IMG/VR virus record: IMGVR_UViG_3300020185_000014
Span: 52,070 to 116,069 of that record
From: a virus
Direction: 5' to 3' (one strand)
Length of the DNA stretch: 64,000 nucleotides
Position 1 is the stretch's first letter. Each line of letters opens with the position of its first letter. Both the position numbers and the translations under genes were made by a program. Of the stretch, positions 11,118 to 21,274 are shown piece by piece. The notes beneath the pieces are model-generated. The model did not search any database and was not told where the DNA came from. It saw only the letters and a program-made list of their open reading frames with translations.

Positions 11118-11125
11118 ATGTCACC

Positions 11126-12502
11126 TTACAGTTTAATTACAACTTTAACATCTTCAGTTTGATTTGGATCTCTAGTCACTGCCGCGATGTTGTTAATATA
11201 AATCATGTCACCAGAATATATATCAATATCTGGAGCAATGATTCCACCGGCCGGAAGCAATGTTCCTGACCCAGATCCCGCCCCCTCTTCTGCAGATATT
11301 GTTTCCCCTGCGTTAAAAGGCGTGAAACCTGTTGTTTGATTTTGATAGATCCACGCCATAGTATCATAATGAACCAAGTATGCTTTAGCGCCGGAAGTTT
11401 GCCCGACGATTACGCGGTCGCTCAAGAAATCATTGGTTACACTAGCAAATTGTAATTTCTGCATGGCATTACCAGATTGATCGGTAAAATTCGCACCAAG
11501 AACTGAATTGTATTCTTTGGGGTTTTTAATTAATGCGACTTGTCTAAAATCATTTTCGGAAAGTATCGTACCGTTTTCTGTGTTTTCAAAATCCGAGTGA
11601 AACATCAACGCGTCGCATCGTAATGATTTAGTCGGGTCTGCTGAAACTCCAGCAGACGGTCCAAGAACAGCACGAACAGAAGCGCCGGATCCATTTCCAA
11701 TGACCGTAACTTTAGAATTTTTATAACCCGAACCATTTAAAACATTACCCGCACCGTCTAAATCTAATTTAACATGCGTAATTACACCGCCAGATAAATT
11801 TGCAGTAGCGCTCGCGCCGATGCCGCCCTCGGTAAAAACCAAATTAACGGTTCCGCTGTAACCCGATCCACCATCCAACACTTCAACACCGAGAATCGCG
11901 CCGGAGACTGCATCATCTTGTAATCTTTTTTGTTCTATTTCCACAGCAGATATTGCCGCATCATCGCTAGCGATGTGTTGAACGGGAATAAAATTACTCG
12001 TCATGAAACTGTTAGCATCTCCTGGTCCGACTTGATACATGTATTGCCAAACATATCCGTCTGATGTGCTGAACGGTTGCGATTCAACACCCGTGGGTTT
12101 AACAGTAGAAGGAATGGCGCCGCCAACCGTGTTTTTCGCTTGTTCTAAACACGCGTAGACTCGAAGGTTGTCGTTCATGACATAATAAGGGTTCGCAGAA
12201 ACATTGATTTCGCTCAACTGGTCGCTGTATGCGTAATACGTTGTTTCCGAAGTCCAGTTAACGCGGGGAATGACCAGCGATGAACCGAAAACTTTTTTAT
12301 ATGACATCAATGAATGTCGAGTCGTCTGTACAAAACTAAAAGCAGCAATATCGCTGTCTGCTGTTACTGGGGGAGTATCGGTAGCATTCCAAACATCAGA
12401 ACGCCCGATCGCAAGATAATAATTATCCTGTCCGTCCAGAACATTCGTTTTTAACGATTGGAGAAGGTTGCTTTTGAATGAATAAGTAACTGTCGCGGTC
12501 AT
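11126..12502 (-). CDS. gp8: Baseplate wedge subunit gp8
   Basis: IPRVNW, YYVMNDNLRVYACL, DGYVWQYMY, FRQVALIKNP, YSGDMIYINN...EDVKVVI; start moved to MTATVTY (12502). Confidence 0.85.
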   Translation of the reverse strand: MTATVTYSFKSNLLQSLKTNVLDGQDNYYLAIGRSDVWNATDTPPVTADSDIAAFSFVQTTRHSLMSYKKVFGSSLVIPRVNWTSETTYYAYSDQLSEINVSANPYYVMNDNLRVYACLEQAKNTVGGAIPSTVKPTGVESQPFSTSDGYVWQYMYQVGPGDANSFMTSNFIPVQHIASDDAAISAVEIEQKRLQDDAVSGAILGVEVLDGGSGYSGTVNLVFTEGGIGASATANLSGGVITHVKLDLDGAGNVLNGSGYKNSKVTVIGNGSGASVRAVLGPSAGVSADPTKSLRCDALMFHSDFENTENGTILSENDFRQVALIKNPKEYNSVLGANFTDQSGNAMQKLQFASVTNDFLSDRVIVGQTSGAKAYLVHYDTMAWIYQNQTTGFTPFNAGETISAEEGAGSGSGTLLPAGGIIAPDIDIYSGDMIYINNIAAVTRDPNQTEDVKVVIKL

Positions 12503-12515
12503 TATTACGTTCTCT

Positions 12516-12947
12516 TTAAATGATATTGATTGTATTTCCCATCGCGGGATGATTTGTACATTGATAATAGAGTGTCGATGGGGCAGACATTGTCGGGGTA
12601 AAAATAACGGTTCCTGTATCATCAGCGTTGTTCGAAACGCCGGTATTGTATGCTGCGCCGCCGTTCGACGATCGTATTTCTAATGGATGCCCGCTCGCGT
12701 TGACGATAAAATTATAAGTGCGCCCTCTTTGCAAATACAATACCGGATTGTTTTCGTTTGTTATGAAAAGACGAGTATCCGCTTGGAAAGTATATGCAGA
12801 TGCGCCGCCCGCAGTTATATTAAAACTGGACTCGAGCGCGCTATAAACTTCATCAAAGTTGTTATTAACTTTAACTGCGCCAGACCGTAGCGTATCGCCG
12901 GTTCCATCATTTGCCGAAACACCGACATCGATTAATTGTTTTGCCAT
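12516..12947 (-). CDS. gp9/gp10-type fibre-connector N-terminus fused to a cupredoxin-like domain
   Basis: MAKQLIDVGVSANDGTGDTLRSGAVKVNNNFDEVY; C-terminal GHPL...YYQCTNHPAMG. Confidence 0.75.
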   Translation of the reverse strand: MAKQLIDVGVSANDGTGDTLRSGAVKVNNNFDEVYSALESSFNITAGGASAYTFQADTRLFITNENNPVLYLQRGRTYNFIVNASGHPLEIRSSNGGAAYNTGVSNNADDTGTVIFTPTMSAPSTLYYQCTNHPAMGNTINII

Positions 12948-12971
12948 TATTTTTGACCCATTATCAAAATT

Positions 12972-12979
12972 TATTTATA
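12972..12979 (-). promoter_or_regulatory. Late promoter TATAAATA
   Basis: Exact match in the gap after gp6. Confidence 0.75.
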
Positions 12980-12982
12980 TCG

Positions 12983-14800
12983 CTATTCGGTGACCACACC
13001 AGAAACAGCGCTCAGACTTGCGTCGAAATTTAATATGCTATTTTTGCTCGGAACAATTGCGCTTTCGTTATCAGGCATGACGCTGATATAAATGCTGTTT
13101 GTTCCGGAGACATAACCTTGCGGCAAGAACCCGACGAGTTTAACTGTTCCTGTGCTCGGTACAACCTCCCCGACGTTGTCAACCATGACGATATCATTCG
13201 CCACATCAATGACCTGTAAAATATCGCTATTTACTTTGTTCTTGATAACGCAGTTTTTGTTGCCATATAAGAAAATAGTTGAAGTGACTGTGGTATTTGC
13301 ATTGAGGTCGCTAATAGCATCAGGATATACCAAGGTATAATCTTTCGCTACACCAGCAATGAACTTCAACTGCTGGTTCATCTTAATTGTTGCTCTGGAG
13401 GAAAGAATCGCGGCGTTGTTTTCGTCGATGTAAGTTAACAGGTTCGATCTTCGGAATGCGATACCGAAATTACCGATTGAATTATCGGTAAAGAAATTCC
13501 CGATGGCAGTCTTGACTTCAGTTTCAAGCGTAGAAGGCGAACCAGATAGTGCACCTTCGTTATATTGGAACACGCAAGAAATTTCTATATTGGTAACTGA
13601 AGGTTCGACAAACTTAACACCGAAAGAAAGAATGCCGAGTTGATTCGACAGCGTTATGATATTTGCTTCGAGTTCGCTTACTCTTGTCTCATAGTCCGAC
13701 GAAGACGCGTCAAAGGTATCGACAAAAGAAATATAAACGTTACCGAAATCTGGATTATCGTTGTCTTCACCGCCCCAGCATTCCACTGATGAAATTAATG
13801 CGGGGAATTCTCTTTTAATCAGAGAAGCATAGTCTGAAGAAGTAACCATTCTGTTTTGAGTTGAATATTGAAACGGCGCGTTTTTTCTAATTGATTCGAT
13901 TGATTCTTTATCTTTACCGCCATATGATGCATTACTTGTAGCGACTAACGTTGATGTGAAAGAACCCGATGGATACTCAACTGGGGATACTGGCGTATCA
14001 GAAATGAATACACTCGCGCCATTGCCGTCACTTCCGGCAACGGAAAAATACTCGACCACAACTTTATTTCCGGCGGATGGAACATCGCCCAACGTTCCGC
14101 CGTTCCCGAAAGATAGTTCGAAGTGCCCGTTGGGCGCTTCTTTAAGAATATAGATTCTCGATGTAACGTTCAAATCAGAAGATAATTTGATGTTAGTGTA
14201 ACGAACGAAGTTATTAGATGTCGGAGAATCAAAAACCTTTATACTGACGCTATCCATATCAACGCTTTCATCTGGGATAACATAGACGCTATTCGTTTCG
14301 CCAAAACCGACATTAAACGTTTTGGTTTTTAATTCGCCTTCGTAAAATGTTAGATTTTCCCAAGTGTAATTGCCAGAAACCGAAGCATTAGAAACAGCAG
14401 ACGACCTTGTTCTGAATGTATAGATCTTCTCTTCGAGAGTGGAGGTGATAGAAAATCCTGCAGGCAAGGTATAAGTCGATGGTGCTCCGACCCTGCCATC
14501 GTTGATAGATATGTTCGCATTGAATTTTGCGGAAGATTTAGTTCCAGGAATATACCCAACATTCGTCGCAAGGCCGACTAGAGAAGAACGTAATTGAGCA
14601 GTCGAAATGTATGATTCGTTAAGCGCGAAATTTGCAGTTAATGCGTTGAAGTGTGTATTATACGCGAGAACATCTAACAAGTTAGACAGTCCCGATGCTT
14701 CAAAATTATAATCCGCAAATTCTTCTTTATTGAGAAACTGCTTTAGATTGTTTTTAATTGATGTGAAATCTAAACCAGTAGTATTAATCGTTGTCGCCAT
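12983..14800 (-). CDS. gp6: Baseplate wedge subunit gp6
   Basis: LDFTSIKNNLK...DYNFEASGLSNLLDVLAYNTH; ESIESIRKNAP..YSTQNRMVT..DY; WGGED. Confidence 0.92.
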   Translation of the reverse strand: MATTINTTGLDFTSIKNNLKQFLNKEEFADYNFEASGLSNLLDVLAYNTHFNALTANFALNESYISTAQLRSSLVGLATNVGYIPGTKSSAKFNANISINDGRVGAPSTYTLPAGFSITSTLEEKIYTFRTRSSAVSNASVSGNYTWENLTFYEGELKTKTFNVGFGETNSVYVIPDESVDMDSVSIKVFDSPTSNNFVRYTNIKLSSDLNVTSRIYILKEAPNGHFELSFGNGGTLGDVPSAGNKVVVEYFSVAGSDGNGASVFISDTPVSPVEYPSGSFTSTLVATSNASYGGKDKESIESIRKNAPFQYSTQNRMVTSSDYASLIKREFPALISSVECWGGEDNDNPDFGNVYISFVDTFDASSSDYETRVSELEANIITLSNQLGILSFGVKFVEPSVTNIEISCVFQYNEGALSGSPSTLETEVKTAIGNFFTDNSIGNFGIAFRRSNLLTYIDENNAAILSSRATIKMNQQLKFIAGVAKDYTLVYPDAISDLNANTTVTSTIFLYGNKNCVIKNKVNSDILQVIDVANDIVMVDNVGEVVPSTGTVKLVGFLPQGYVSGTNSIYISVMPDNESAIVPSKNSILNFDASLSAVSGVVTE

Positions 14801-14802
14801 TA

Positions 14803-15255
14803 TTATCTTAACCTCGATACTGTCGTTTCAAATGTCACAGACTCTGACATTCCCAAAATAGAAAATTGAATTGAAACCGAAATTGCATTTAACTCGGGTC
14901 GGGCGTTGACTTCTATATCTAGAACCTTCGCGCGCGGTTCGTGTTTCTCAATTGCTCTTATAATGTTTTGTTTTATTTCGGACTCTGCGGTCTCCCCGCC
15001 TGATAACTCAAAAAGAAAATCGTTCAGGTTCGCTCCGAAAGAAGCATTGAACGGGCGCTCTAAGTTATTAGTTAGAAGTAAATTTTTGATCGCTTGTTTG
15101 ACTGCCGCAGCGTCTTTCTTCTTATATATGTCCCCAGTGTTCGTATTTTTAGCGAACGTGAGGTCAATATCTTTATAGGTGCGAGTTATTGACGTCTGCA
15201 AACTGACTGTCTGTAAGTCTTCATCTTCATTCGCTAATATTTTTATTGTTGACAT
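14803..15255 (-). CDS. gp25: Baseplate wedge subunit gp25
   Basis: YKDIDL...AVKQAIKNLLLT...ERPF...FG...LFE...HEPR. Confidence 0.92.
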   Translation of the reverse strand: MSTIKILANEDEDLQTVSLQTSITRTYKDIDLTFAKNTNTGDIYKKKDAAAVKQAIKNLLLTNNLERPFNASFGANLNDFLFELSGGETAESEIKQNIIRAIEKHEPRAKVLDIEVNARPELNAISVSIQFSILGMSESVTFETTVSRLR

Positions 15256-15281
15256 AATTCAAAGAACAATTGATTTAAAGT

Positions 15282-15289
15282 TATTTATA
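15282..15289 (-). promoter_or_regulatory. Late promoter TATAAATA
   Basis: Exact match upstream of gp25. Confidence 0.75.
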
Positions 15290-15292
15290 CTA

Positions 15293-15880
15293 CTATGCAG
15301 GAAGAATTTCAATCAATTCGTTTTTTGATTGTAGTTTTCCATTATAGGTTGTTTCTATTTTCTGTTTAAAGGAAATGTCGAATGATGCTGGAACTGTCGG
15401 CATTGCAAGAACAACCTGACATGAAAGTTTATTGCTAGGATCGAACGTATCATAGTCCAAAACCAGTTTATCAAATTTAAGATAATCTTTCCAATAAACC
15501 GCAAGGTCGAACGATTTACGCAAGTCGATTACGCCTTTCTTGTCAATCAACTGGTAGACTACTGCTCTTCCGGTTTTCTTTAAATCGTTAATCGAATTCG
15601 GAGTGACCGTTTCTTTTAGCGTTGGTCGGTAAACTCCCTCGGCAACAATTAGGCGATGGGAACTGAAATTATTGTTCTTATTGACCATTAACATCGCTTC
15701 AGCATGAAGATATAGTTGTCGTGCTACTTGGGCGCGGTCCACTTCTATCTGTTCGAATTGCGTACGAGTTCCGGCACTTCCCAAGAATTTAGCGCAAGTG
15801 ATGCCTGGACCGAGTTTAGTCGACGACGAAATTGCGCTTTGGTGATTCGGATTATACTTCGGATCAACTAGATAAATCAT
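15293..15880 (-). CDS. Baseplate-associated protein, probable degenerate peptidase M15A fold
   Basis: KLGPGIT, IVAEGVYRP, KTGRAVVY and LAVYWKDYLKFDKLVLDY resemble M15A but the Zn ligands are missing. Confidence 0.5.
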   Translation of the reverse strand: MIYLVDPKYNPNHQSAISSSTKLGPGITCAKFLGSAGTRTQFEQIEVDRAQVARQLYLHAEAMLMVNKNNNFSSHRLIVAEGVYRPTLKETVTPNSINDLKKTGRAVVYQLIDKKGVIDLRKSFDLAVYWKDYLKFDKLVLDYDTFDPSNKLSCQVVLAMPTVPASFDISFKQKIETTYNGKLQSKNELIEILPA

Positions 15881-17328
15881 TGTATCTTAAACCTCTTGCT
15901 CTTCTTATCTAATGGATTGTTCCCGATAATTTGCTGTCCGATCTTGCTGTTGCCGTATTGACCTTCAACCCTGCCAATGTTCTTAGGCGCAGTGTTGCTG
16001 AATTGAGAAGAGAGTTTACCTTCCGACACAAGATTAGATGTGAACTTAGAATTCTTCAAATTCGCAGGATCTCTAAGTTTAGATCTGATCTCGTGAATCG
16101 TGGGATCGCGATCGAACAAATCTTGATAATCGTCAGTCTTTAGAATCTTAGATATTAATGAATTAGGATCATCGATTGTCGTATCTATTTGTACATTCCT
16201 AATCGCATAATTGCTAATAGAAAGGTGGGGGATTACCAACGCAGCGCTGGGCATCGGGGCAGTGGTTGGGATTGTAGCGAACGGCATCACGGTCGGATAA
16301 GATCCTGGAGACCCAGACGGTCCGTCTGGAGCGCTTTTTGCAGCATCTGCTTGTTTTGCCCAACCCGCTTTGTTAGCAAAATCACTAGTGATCGCTTCTT
16401 GCGCTTTCCCGATCAAGGTGCCGTAGAACGTTGTGCCTCCTGCTCCAGACCCCCCAGGAGGTCCAGCAAACGCTTTGCCGTAATGGTCGACTAATTGCCC
16501 GCCGATAGTTCCTTTAGCGCCCATGACGCTAATATTCATTCCAGAAATATTTGTAGTTTGCGAAGATGCTGCCCACTCGAGCGCTGCCGTAGTAACCAAC
16601 GAACCGCCTGATGTAAACTCAACGTTCCCTTCAACAAAATTCTTTTGATCGCCTTTGACCAACAGGTTGTTCTCGCCTAGTATGGTATCGGTATTGGTTC
16701 CGACTACTTGACTGCCGCGCGAACCTTTAATAACATAATTCTGATTCCCATCAACATTTTTTATATGGTTGTGGTTAATGGTTTCGGTTTTATTACCTGC
16801 AGTCGTGACATTAATATTACCACCGACTTCTAAGTTATAATCTCCAGTGACTTTCACTGTCAAATTACCTTTATAGATTAAGTTTCCCTCGCCCTCAACA
16901 ATAACAGTATGATCGTCGCCAGTTACTTCAACCTTCTTATCGACCGACGAAAACAAAACACTGCCGTCGGCGCGAAGTTCAATACCCGATCCGGACTTGT
17001 GTTTAATTAACACTCGCTCGCCGCCAGGAGTATCGTCCACCAACCACACATGACCTGCTGGCGTTTCAGAAACTTGACTGTGGGGGTACTGGGACGGGTT
17101 CTGTTCAGTTGTAATTGTTTCTACTGCAGTATCGCCCCCGAAAGATTTCAGGTTATGTACGGTTTCGCCTTTAGCAGATTTATTGATCGAGTTCCCGAAG
17201 AAATATCCTTGACGAGGATACTCACCAGACGCGTCAATAAATCCATCAGCGGCGATACCTTCACTGTTCTCTCTCGCTTCGCCGATCGTTGCGAGGCGGT
17301 TCTTTAAATTATCTGTTTCGGTTGTCAT
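15877..17328 (-). CDS. gp5 C-terminal spike/beta-helix portion
   Basis: YPHSQVSETPAGHVWLVDDTPGGERVLIKHKSGS then VxGD/GN beta-helix repeats. Confidence 0.8.
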   Translation of the reverse strand: MTTETDNLKNRLATIGEARENSEGIAADGFIDASGEYPRQGYFFGNSINKSAKGETVHNLKSFGGDTAVETITTEQNPSQYPHSQVSETPAGHVWLVDDTPGGERVLIKHKSGSGIELRADGSVLFSSVDKKVEVTGDDHTVIVEGEGNLIYKGNLTVKVTGDYNLEVGGNINVTTAGNKTETINHNHIKNVDGNQNYVIKGSRGSQVVGTNTDTILGENNLLVKGDQKNFVEGNVEFTSGGSLVTTAALEWAASSQTTNISGMNISVMGAKGTIGGQLVDHYGKAFAGPPGGSGAGGTTFYGTLIGKAQEAITSDFANKAGWAKQADAAKSAPDGPSGSPGSYPTVMPFATIPTTAPMPSAALVIPHLSISNYAIRNVQIDTTIDDPNSLISKILKTDDYQDLFDRDPTIHEIRSKLRDPANLKNSKFTSNLVSEGKLSSQFSNTAPKNIGRVEGQYGNSKIGQQIIGNNPLDKKSKRFKIQ

Positions 17329-19079
17329 AATTTGGTCGAATTAATTTCCGCTGGAGTGAAAGGTTTTTGAGATGTAGTGTTTTTAAACAACGATGGTTTG
17401 CCGAACATGTCGAGGCAATAATCCCTGACGTCAAATCCAGGATCTAATTCATCATCATCGATATCATTATGCCCGATAACTTGACCTCCAGGATATGCTG
17501 AGTAGAACGCTCTGCAAAACGTTTCGAACGAATTCATTTGAACTCTCGTTAACGAAGAAGATGATAAAAATGCTTGCGGGTTATCAGTTCCAGAAGCGCA
17601 ATTAAACCCACCGACGAAAGCAATTCCAATACTATATGTATCGTGGTCATTGACTGCCGCATGTTGCCCGACGACATTGAGGTTCCTTCCCCGTTGTATA
17701 GAACCGTCTCTTCGAATGATATAGTGATAACCTATCTCGCTCTGCCCGAGTGCAATTTGTTGTTCGTTAATTTCTGAAGATCCAATATCTTTGTTGGTAA
17801 ACGTTTCCGTCCAATGGACAACGACCTCAGTTATGTCTCGCGTCACTTGCCTCAGATCTGCTTCTAATTCTTCAACAGTTGTGATATATGAGTAGACTTT
17901 CTTGTTATTTTCGTCAAAAGTATCTTTACCAATTTCCAATGGGTCTATGAAGACGGACTGCGAAGCGTCCACTATGGTCGATCCTGCGATCGTAGTATTC
18001 AGTCTCTCGAGAATTGATTTGATTGCTTGCGGAGAACTACCAGACTTCTTAGATACGATTTCAACTGCAGCGTCTAATGACCTCTGATCGTCTTGCGATA
18101 ATGTAATTGCGTCATTAATATCAGAGTCTGATAATCCAGGGGCGATTTGTTTAATTTGGTTTGTTGCCTGTTTCGAGAGGTTTTCGCCGAACCCTTGTAG
18201 CAATCCGGATTTTGAATTGGAAATACTTGCGTCAACGCCCTTAGTGTAGTTGTCGGTTTTGATAGAAAGTTCGTTAATGTTTTGCGGTAGGTTTTCCACA
18301 GAATTGTTTACAATATCTCCCGATTTACCAGTTATGCCCGCGAGAGTTGTTTCGAGTTTAGTTTGGTCTACTTCGATGCCCTTTGTTATTGAAGACTGGA
18401 CGGAGGTTACTGAGTTGGATACATCCGTAACCATATCGTCGATGTTTACAGAAATATTATTCGCTCCTGAAGGTGGCGCAGCAAACGAAGAAGAAACATC
18501 TGTCATTGCCGCGTTTGCGGTTTCTGCTAATTGGTTGACCACATCAACGCTGGCGAAACTGCCGACTTTGCCGGCAAGTCCAGTTAATGTACTTTTCACA
18601 CCTGCAGGACTAGCGTTGGCAACTACATTCTGTACGAACCCAGATTTGACTCCTAACCCAGTGATTAAACTCAATGCCGCAGCGAGAGTGCTATTAGTAT
18701 CCGAAATCAAACTTTCGCTGATGATTCTTACATGCCCGTCGGAATCTGGATCAGACCATTCGACAGAAACTTTACTACCGAAAGAACCTGTAAAAGATTC
18801 AATTGTTTCATCGATAGAATTTTTTAGACTCTCAACACCGTCCGTAACCAAACCTTCGACGCTTGCCGTTTGCAGTTTCTGATCCGCTGATGTTGCTTTA
18901 CTCGTTAAACTCTTAATGCCGCCGTTCACTTCTTGGGCAGTATTGCCAACCAACGTTTCTACTGAATTAGTTAGATCCGTTTGCGTCTTATCTGCTTGCG
19001 CTTCCACAAAAGAAGGCGACTGGACTTTATTCTTGAGGTTGCGAACTTCTTCTTTAAATGTAGTTTTATCAATAGGCAT
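17325..19079 (-). CDS. Virion protein with C-terminal N-acetylmuramoyl-L-alanine amidase (Amidase_2)
   Basis: VVVHWT, IGYHYIIRRDG..QRGR, SIGIAFVGG, VIGHND, DPGFDV. Confidence 0.85.
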   Translation of the reverse strand: MPIDKTTFKEEVRNLKNKVQSPSFVEAQADKTQTDLTNSVETLVGNTAQEVNGGIKSLTSKATSADQKLQTASVEGLVTDGVESLKNSIDETIESFTGSFGSKVSVEWSDPDSDGHVRIISESLISDTNSTLAAALSLITGLGVKSGFVQNVVANASPAGVKSTLTGLAGKVGSFASVDVVNQLAETANAAMTDVSSSFAAPPSGANNISVNIDDMVTDVSNSVTSVQSSITKGIEVDQTKLETTLAGITGKSGDIVNNSVENLPQNINELSIKTDNYTKGVDASISNSKSGLLQGFGENLSKQATNQIKQIAPGLSDSDINDAITLSQDDQRSLDAAVEIVSKKSGSSPQAIKSILERLNTTIAGSTIVDASQSVFIDPLEIGKDTFDENNKKVYSYITTVEELEADLRQVTRDITEVVVHWTETFTNKDIGSSEINEQQIALGQSEIGYHYIIRRDGSIQRGRNLNVVGQHAAVNDHDTYSIGIAFVGGFNCASGTDNPQAFLSSSSLTRVQMNSFETFCRAFYSAYPGGQVIGHNDIDDDELDPGFDVRDYCLDMFGKPSLFKNTTSQKPFTPAEINSTKL

Positions 19080-19081
19080 AA

Positions 19082-19939
19082 TTAATTCGCCAAGGTTTCC
19101 TCATAAGCGATTTCGGCAATATCATTCGCATCTTTATAGTTCGACGCTTTCAGATAATATTTAGCGAACGCTTCCGACGCTTCCTCGATGGTTTCGGCGG
19201 ACGTTAGTTTATAGTTCGCCTTTCGTTTTTTGTTTCTTAACTCGTGCAACACAAATTGGAGTTGAACCGAAAATCGTTTCCAATCATCTTTAATATTGTA
19301 CATAGAAGCAAAATTTAACAGGTCTAGAAACCGCTTACCCGAACCGTCCTTTGACCATGCACCGATACCCTGCAACGTCGAATCGTTCGAATATAGAATA
19401 AACCTCGAAACCAATTGCAACCCAGCAGCGATACTTGCTGCTTGAATAACAGTATAACCGTTCTCTATGAAAAATTTAACTGTTTGACTTCTTCTTTTAT
19501 TGACCGGCGCTTCTCGTGTAGTATCATCGTCAATATCAGGCAACACCATGTTAATAATTTTTTCTTGGTTGTGTTTGTAATTCTCAAGCGTGTTTTGAGT
19601 TTTTGTTTGCGTAGAGGTGGGCAACTCGACTCTTGGTGTTGAACCAATAATAAGAGGGATTTGCGATGAACGACCATCAATAAAAATACCGAATACCATA
19701 CTGCCAGGAAGCAATTGTGGAATTCTACCGATACCGGAAATGCCGCCTTCAGTGTTCGGCATCAAGACCTGCGCCCATGGTAAATCTTTCTCTGGGACTT
19801 CTCCCGTGTACAAGTTATGAATGCCGTTAATTCGCACTTTAACACGACCTTCAAATCCTGCCGGAGGAGTCGTATTAATTAGGGTGCCGACAAACCAACG
19901 AGTTTCATCACCATAAAAAGTTTTTTTAATTGAAAACAT
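19082..19939 (-). CDS. gp5 N-terminal OB domain plus phage tail lysozyme-like domain
   Basis: WFVG...GRVKVRINGIH...DLPWAQV...VFGIFIDG..Q.PLIIG; C-terminal GYTVIQAASIAAGL...QLQFVLHEL. Confidence 0.8.
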   Translation of the reverse strand: MFSIKKTFYGDETRWFVGTLINTTPPAGFEGRVKVRINGIHNLYTGEVPEKDLPWAQVLMPNTEGGISGIGRIPQLLPGSMVFGIFIDGRSSQIPLIIGSTPRVELPTSTQTKTQNTLENYKHNQEKIINMVLPDIDDDTTREAPVNKRRSQTVKFFIENGYTVIQAASIAAGLQLVSRFILYSNDSTLQGIGAWSKDGSGKRFLDLLNFASMYNIKDDWKRFSVQLQFVLHELRNKKRKANYKLTSAETIEEASEAFAKYYLKASNYKDANDIAEIAYEETLAN

Positions 19940-21273
19940 TATAACACCAAACTCTTATTATTTTTGCTGATGCGCGATACATCGAGAGAAACAATATGCT
20001 GCGTATCTCTAAACGTATGCCGTGTTGCGAAAATCAAATAATCCCCAGACTTCTCAGGATCTAACGGCGATTCGACATTATTCTCCGCGTTGCTAGTTGT
20101 AAAATGAATACGAACCATATCTCCAACTGTCGCCTTCACCAGCATGAACATAGTGCCACTAACAGAAATACTCATCATGTTTTTATACAATGCTGACTTG
20201 ATTGTTTTATTTTTTACATTCAACGCGAACGTTGACGCGTCGGGTTCATCATGATAACTCTTAAATTCGCCATATGTTCCGCTCGATGAAACTTGGTGGA
20301 AATAAACCGCATTGAATGCATCACTGGCGCTGCTGTTAAATTGTTGTTGTTCGTCGTACAATAATTGCTCAGACTCTTTGCTGATCGTACCATTATCTTT
20401 TAAAGCTTCGATGACGTGCTTTGATGATACGTGCGAACGATACGATAACCCTGTTCCTATATCAGTGTTTGTATAAAAAGAACCAACACATCCATCATCA
20501 ATAAAATCTAATGAGTTGTGATTTGATGTTAAACTGTACGCAAGGATTTGACTGGCCCGGAAAGACTCGTCCAACTCGGTTGCCGTTTGAGTTGCTGCCT
20601 GAGAATGAATGAACGGCAGTTTTTCGTTAAACGGTTTTTGTTTCAACATTTTTTCTAAGTCGCCGAGTCTGACCCTTTTGTCATGTATTGATGAATATAA
20701 GAACAACGGCGACCCCGTTGAAGAGCACGCCTTCTCTAAGATCCAGGCGCATGCTTCGATAGGGGTCATATATGGAACGATAAGTTTTCGTTGAGCGAGG
20801 TTTTTGGTATTGTCCGAAAGGTACGACGCATCAACATCGAGTTTTAATTTGGTGTTAATTATCTTTGTAATGATATTCGGAAAGTTGTCTGTATATGAAC
20901 GACTAAATGGTATCAGGGCATTGAAGTAATTATGCACTTCGACCAACTGAAACATCAAAGTTTCTGCCGCATCATTAGACTTAACGCTCTTAATCATATT
21001 TGATATGATGAACTTTTTCTCGACTAATCTATCTTCGTCTTCTACCGCCGAAGATAAAACTATATTCAAATATTCAGTCCCTTTAAACTGCAGTGATTCG
21101 AAAAGTCCAAGGTTGTCTACCATAACCAAAGTCCCAGTCAGGTATGGTTTTTCTATTGATTCAAAAATTGTCAACTCATAAATTAACTGAGAAACATCAA
21201 GTTTCAAATCATCAAACCGATCCGCAGTGATGACTGCTTCGGATATTTTAAATTGTTGATCAAGACTAGGCAT
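19939..21273 (-). CDS. Putative baseplate hub (gp27-like)
   Basis: Between gp53 and gp5; IFESIEKPYLTG and SGDYLIFATRHTF motifs. Confidence 0.6.
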   Translation of the reverse strand: MPSLDQQFKISEAVITADRFDDLKLDVSQLIYELTIFESIEKPYLTGTLVMVDNLGLFESLQFKGTEYLNIVLSSAVEDEDRLVEKKFIISNMIKSVKSNDAAETLMFQLVEVHNYFNALIPFSRSYTDNFPNIITKIINTKLKLDVDASYLSDNTKNLAQRKLIVPYMTPIEACAWILEKACSSTGSPLFLYSSIHDKRVRLGDLEKMLKQKPFNEKLPFIHSQAATQTATELDESFRASQILAYSLTSNHNSLDFIDDGCVGSFYTNTDIGTGLSYRSHVSSKHVIEALKDNGTISKESEQLLYDEQQQFNSSASDAFNAVYFHQVSSSGTYGEFKSYHDEPDASTFALNVKNKTIKSALYKNMMSISVSGTMFMLVKATVGDMVRIHFTTSNAENNVESPLDPEKSGDYLIFATRHTFRDTQHIVSLDVSRISKNNKSLVL

Positions 21274-21274
21274 A

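Noticed and set aside
18250-18882. 210-aa plus-strand ORF and the many other antisense ORFs in the track
   Set aside because: Shadows of well-supported minus-strand genes, with no motifs or RBS.
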